Source: an uncultured Anaerolineales bacterium
GTDB taxonomy: Bacteria > Chloroflexota > Anaerolineae > B4-G1
Reading direction: 5' to 3'
Assembly (NCBI GenBank): GCA_964420485.1
Contig: CAYQTW010000001.1
Location: 1 to 32,879, forward strand
DNA: 32,879 bases
The notes below the pieces were generated by a model. It saw only the letters and a list, made by a program, of their open reading frames with translations, was not told the DNA's origin and did not search any database. Positions within the stretch are counted from its first letter, which is position 1. The number at the start of each line of letters is the position of its first letter. The translations under genes and the position numbers were made by a program. Positions 30,139-32,879 of the stretch are shown here, in pieces.

Positions 30139-32879
30139 CTAACGGGGAAAGTGTCCACGGGTGAAGGCCGGCCATCCTTCCTGGCGCAGGGCGGCCAGAT
30201 CGGCCTTGATGGTGGCCGGGGAGACGTTCAAGGCACCGGAGAGGTCCCGGACGCCGGGAGTGGCTGTCTGGACGGCAGCCTCGGTGAGGAGCCGCCGGAT
30301 GCGGGCCCGGCGCAGGGGAACACGGGGCAAGGAAGGCTCAAGTGAGCCCGCGTCCGGGGTCCAGAGGATGGTGATGCGCTCCTGCGGCGTCAGGTGGCGG
30401 CGGAGGGGCGCGGCCTGGCGGGGCAGTTCGACGGCCTGCTGGCCGGGCAGGGACGGCGGCCGGCCCAGTTGGGCCAACAGGCGAGCTGCGTCCGGGCGCA
30501 GCATCCGGCGGGCCATCTCTTCCCAGGCGGCAGATAGGATTTCCTCCGCCTCGCCCTCCCGTCCCAGGCGATGGAGCACCAGGCCGAGTTCGGTTTGGGC
30601 GTTGGCGGCTTCGGCCTGGAAGCCCTGCGTTCCCAGTACCTGCACCGCCCATCGCAAAGACTGCACGGCGGCGGGCAGGTCTCCCTGGGCGGCAGCGACT
30701 TGTCCCGTCTGGAGAGTCACCAATCCCTCCAACCAGCCCATCCCGCTTTGGTGGGCCATCTGGGCGAACTGAGCGGTGTGGTCGGCGGCGGTGGCCGCGT
30801 CGCCCAGGGCCAGGTGAACGTCTACCGAGTAGGAGTGAAACATGAGATGTTCTTCCCGCAACTCTTGGCGTGGGAGGAGGGGATATGCCTGCCGGAGGAA
30901 GGTGAGGGCTTGCTCGAGGTCGGCGGCGACGATGGCCAGCCGGGCTAATTCCATCAGGGCTCTGGCCTGCTCGACGGGACGGGCCAGGCGGGTAAACCGC
31001 TCCAGGGCAGAGATCAGGTAACCGTGGGCTGTCTCCAGATCGCCCCACTTTATCCACACCTCGGCCAGGTTGAGTTGCACCCGGCCAGTGCCTTCGGGAT
31101 TGCCCATGGTCTCCACGGCAGCCAGGACGCCCTCATAGGCCCGGCGGGCCGGGCCCAGGTCGCCGTGCAGCGTGTGGATGATGGCCAGGTTGTTCAGGGC
31201 GCGGCTTTCCATGAGGCGGTCGCCACAGGCGGCGGAAAGAGCGGCGGCCCGGCGGTACGCGCTGGCGGCTTCTCCCTCGTTCCCCTGATTATGCAGGACG
31301 ATGGCCAGGCTGTTGAGGCACTCCGCCTCTAGCCTCGGATCGTTGGCCTGCTGGGCGGCGTCCATTGCCTGCCGGTAGAGGGCCGGGGCCGTGGCCAGGT
31401 CGCCCTGGGCCTCGTGGCAGGAGCCCAGGGCGTGCAAGGCGGGGGCCAAGGCAGAAAGGGCACGCGGACGAGCCAGGCGCACCGCTTCCTGCGCCAGCGG
31501 CAGCGCGTCGCTGCTGCATCCCCGGCGGCGGAGATTATCAGCCAGGGCGGCCAGAGCCAGGGCTTCCGCTTCCGGGGCGCCCAGGGAACGGGCCGTCTCT
31601 CGCCATTGCTCCAGGGCGCAGGCCTCGGCCTCGTCTTCCCCGCGCAGCCGGTGCGCCTGGGCCAGCCCCCGCAGCCGCCGGAGGCGGGCATCGGGGGACA
31701 CGTCCTCCAGGCGCTCCTCGGCTTCCTGGGCGACGCGATAAAAGGCCAGCGCCTCTTCGACGGCGAAGAGGGCCAGTGCTTGCTCCGCCGCCGTCAGCGC
31801 CAATTCCAACGCCTGGGGCCATTCCTCGGCCGCTCTGGCGTGGCGGGCGCGGGCGGCCACCTGGCGCGGGGACAGATGGGCCAGGGTCTGGGCCGCCCGG
31901 CGGTGCCACAGCCGTCGCCGCCGGGGATGGGTCTCGTCGTACAGGACGCGCCGCACCAGGCTATGGGTGAAGCGATAGCGTTCATTCTTCTCTACCAGCA
32001 GCCCCCGGTCCAGGAGCACGTCCAGTTGCTCCAAAAGCCACTCTTCGTCATCCTTCCCGCTCAGTGCCCTGATGAGGTCAAAGTCGAAATCGTCACCCAG
32101 CACGGCTGCCTGGTGCAGCAAGCGTTGAGATTGGGGAGACAGATTGCCCAGACGAGCGGAGATAGCCTGCCGCAAAGTGGCCGGAATGGGCAAAGCCTTT
32201 CCCGACGGGCCATCCTCTTTCTCAGCCAGGCCACGCACCATCTCGACGATGAAGAGGGGATTGCCTCCGGTTTCCCGGTGCAGGCGGGCAACGAGGGGAG
32301 AGGGTAGAATGTGACCCAGTAGTTGGGTGGTCAACTGGGTGACTTCCTCTAGTGAGAACGGGGACAGGGGGAGAGAGCGGACGGCGGGACGGGCGACGAA
32401 ACGATCCGGCCAGGAAGAGATGCCGGCGGGCAGGTCGGCGGGACGGAAGGCCACGATCAGGACCAGGTGGCTGCCGGTCAGACGGGGGAGCAGGGCGTGC
32501 AGGACAGCCCAGGTGGACGGGTCGGCCCAGTGCAGATCGTCCAATATCAAAAGCAGGGGGCCGGGGTCGGCCAGACCGGTCAGGACACTGGACAGGGCAG
32601 CGTGGAAATGGGCCGGAGCCAGGTGAGCCGCGTCCAGCCCGGCCGGGGGTGATAGCCGGTCGGGCAGGAGGGCAGACAGAGCGGCCTGGGCCAGGGGGGA
32701 GAAATCAGACGGTGTCCTCCCCATCATCTCCAAACCGGTACGCAGGGCCTGATCCAGCGGGCTGTAGGGAGCCGGGGGGCCGAAGGGCTCCACGGCGCAG
32801 GCGTACAGGGTCTGGAATCCCAGTTGATAGGCTTTTTCGGCGGCAGCCTGGGCAAGGTGGGTCTTGCCGATGCCGGGGA
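30139..32879 (-). CDS. STAND-type regulator: AAA_16 ATPase, TPR-rich region and C-terminal HTH. 5'-partial (continues beyond the window end).
   Basis: The frame stays open to the window edge, where it reads PGIGKTHLAQAAAEKAY (Walker A). LLILDDLHWADPSTWAVL is the AAA_16 signature. Long TPR-like Ala/Leu-rich repeats follow. The C-terminal tail is ...VRDLSGALNVSPATIKADLAALRQEGW (HTH). The GTG 32793 in the ORF track is an internal codon. Confidence 0.85.
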   Translation of the reverse strand, partial: PGIGKTHLAQAAAEKAYQLGFQTLYACAVEPFGPPAPYSPLDQALRTGLEMMGRTPSDFSPLAQAALSALLPDRLSPPAGLDAAHLAPAHFHAALSSVLTGLADPGPLLLILDDLHWADPSTWAVLHALLPRLTGSHLVLIVAFRPADLPAGISSWPDRFVARPAVRSLPLSPFSLEEVTQLTTQLLGHILPSPLVARLHRETGGNPLFIVEMVRGLAEKEDGPSGKALPIPATLRQAISARLGNLSPQSQRLLHQAAVLGDDFDFDLIRALSGKDDEEWLLEQLDVLLDRGLLVEKNERYRFTHSLVRRVLYDETHPRRRRLWHRRAAQTLAHLSPRQVAARARHARAAEEWPQALELALTAAEQALALFAVEEALAFYRVAQEAEERLEDVSPDARLRRLRGLAQAHRLRGEDEAEACALEQWRETARSLGAPEAEALALAALADNLRRRGCSSDALPLAQEAVRLARPRALSALAPALHALGSCHEAQGDLATAPALYRQAMDAAQQANDPRLEAECLNSLAIVLHNQGNEGEAASAYRRAAALSAACGDRLMESRALNNLAIIHTLHGDLGPARRAYEGVLAAVETMGNPEGTGRVQLNLAEVWIKWGDLETAHGYLISALERFTRLARPVEQARALMELARLAIVAADLEQALTFLRQAYPLLPRQELREEHLMFHSYSVDVHLALGDAATAADHTAQFAQMAHQSGMGWLEGLVTLQTGQVAAAQGDLPAAVQSLRWAVQVLGTQGFQAEAANAQTELGLVLHRLGREGEAEEILSAAWEEMARRMLRPDAARLLAQLGRPPSLPGQQAVELPRQAAPLRRHLTPQERITILWTPDAGSLEPSLPRVPLRRARIRRLLTEAAVQTATPGVRDLSGALNVSPATIKADLAALRQEGWPAFTRGHFPR

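Noticed and set aside
1-32879. Search for tRNA, rRNA or tmRNA genes in intergenic regions
   Set aside because: No T-loop-like GGTTCGAATCC-type motifs or cloverleaf-compatible stretches were noticed in the intergenic regions. The scan was by eye only, so tRNAscan/Infernal should confirm.

Overview
High-GC bacterial chromosomal window. The gene content (bacterial Elp3, an ISKra4-like IS, a PASTA Ser/Thr kinase, several short palindromic repeat families) suggests Chloroflexota, but that is an inference only. Left to right: pyrG (-), a Roadblock/LC7 gene (-), an AT-richer AAA-ATPase-like/PD-(D/E)XK gene (+), a patch of gene remnants carrying a 91-bp MITE, elp3-like radical-SAM/GNAT (+), acyl-CoA ligase (+), and a co-directional PASTA kinase and ftsH (-). 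Next comes an ISKra4-like IS whose transposase frame holds an in-frame TGA, abutting a truncated solute-binding-protein gene. Then a GH130 glycoside phosphorylase-like gene with a long N-terminal extension, translationally coupled to a GT-A-like glycosyltransferase (+). A long minus-strand locus follows: tetR, two ABC-2 permeases, four single-domain ABC ATPases (A1-B1-A2-B2) and two tandem HlyD adaptors. After it: a second identical MITE copy, a deletion scar fusing a CSLREA-type beta-helix fragment to a DegV tail, a small conserved-looking ORF, a secreted PPC-domain lipoprotein, and a 5'-partial AAA_16/TPR/HTH STAND-type regulator running off the window end. No rRNA, tRNA or CRISPR array was seen. 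The most checkable unusual signals are: (1) a MITE with perfect 14-bp terminal inverted repeats and 8-bp target-site duplications at both copies; (2) an 8-bp x 8 tandem tract directly after the start codon of the second HlyD gene; (3) the doubled, split YbhF-like ATPase complement; (4) a palindromic repeat family filling most of the longer intergenic gaps of the ABC locus. I did not find a clear novel defence system. The ABC/HlyD locus and the STAND regulator/PPC lipoprotein/small ORF cluster are the best candidates for an uncharacterised system.
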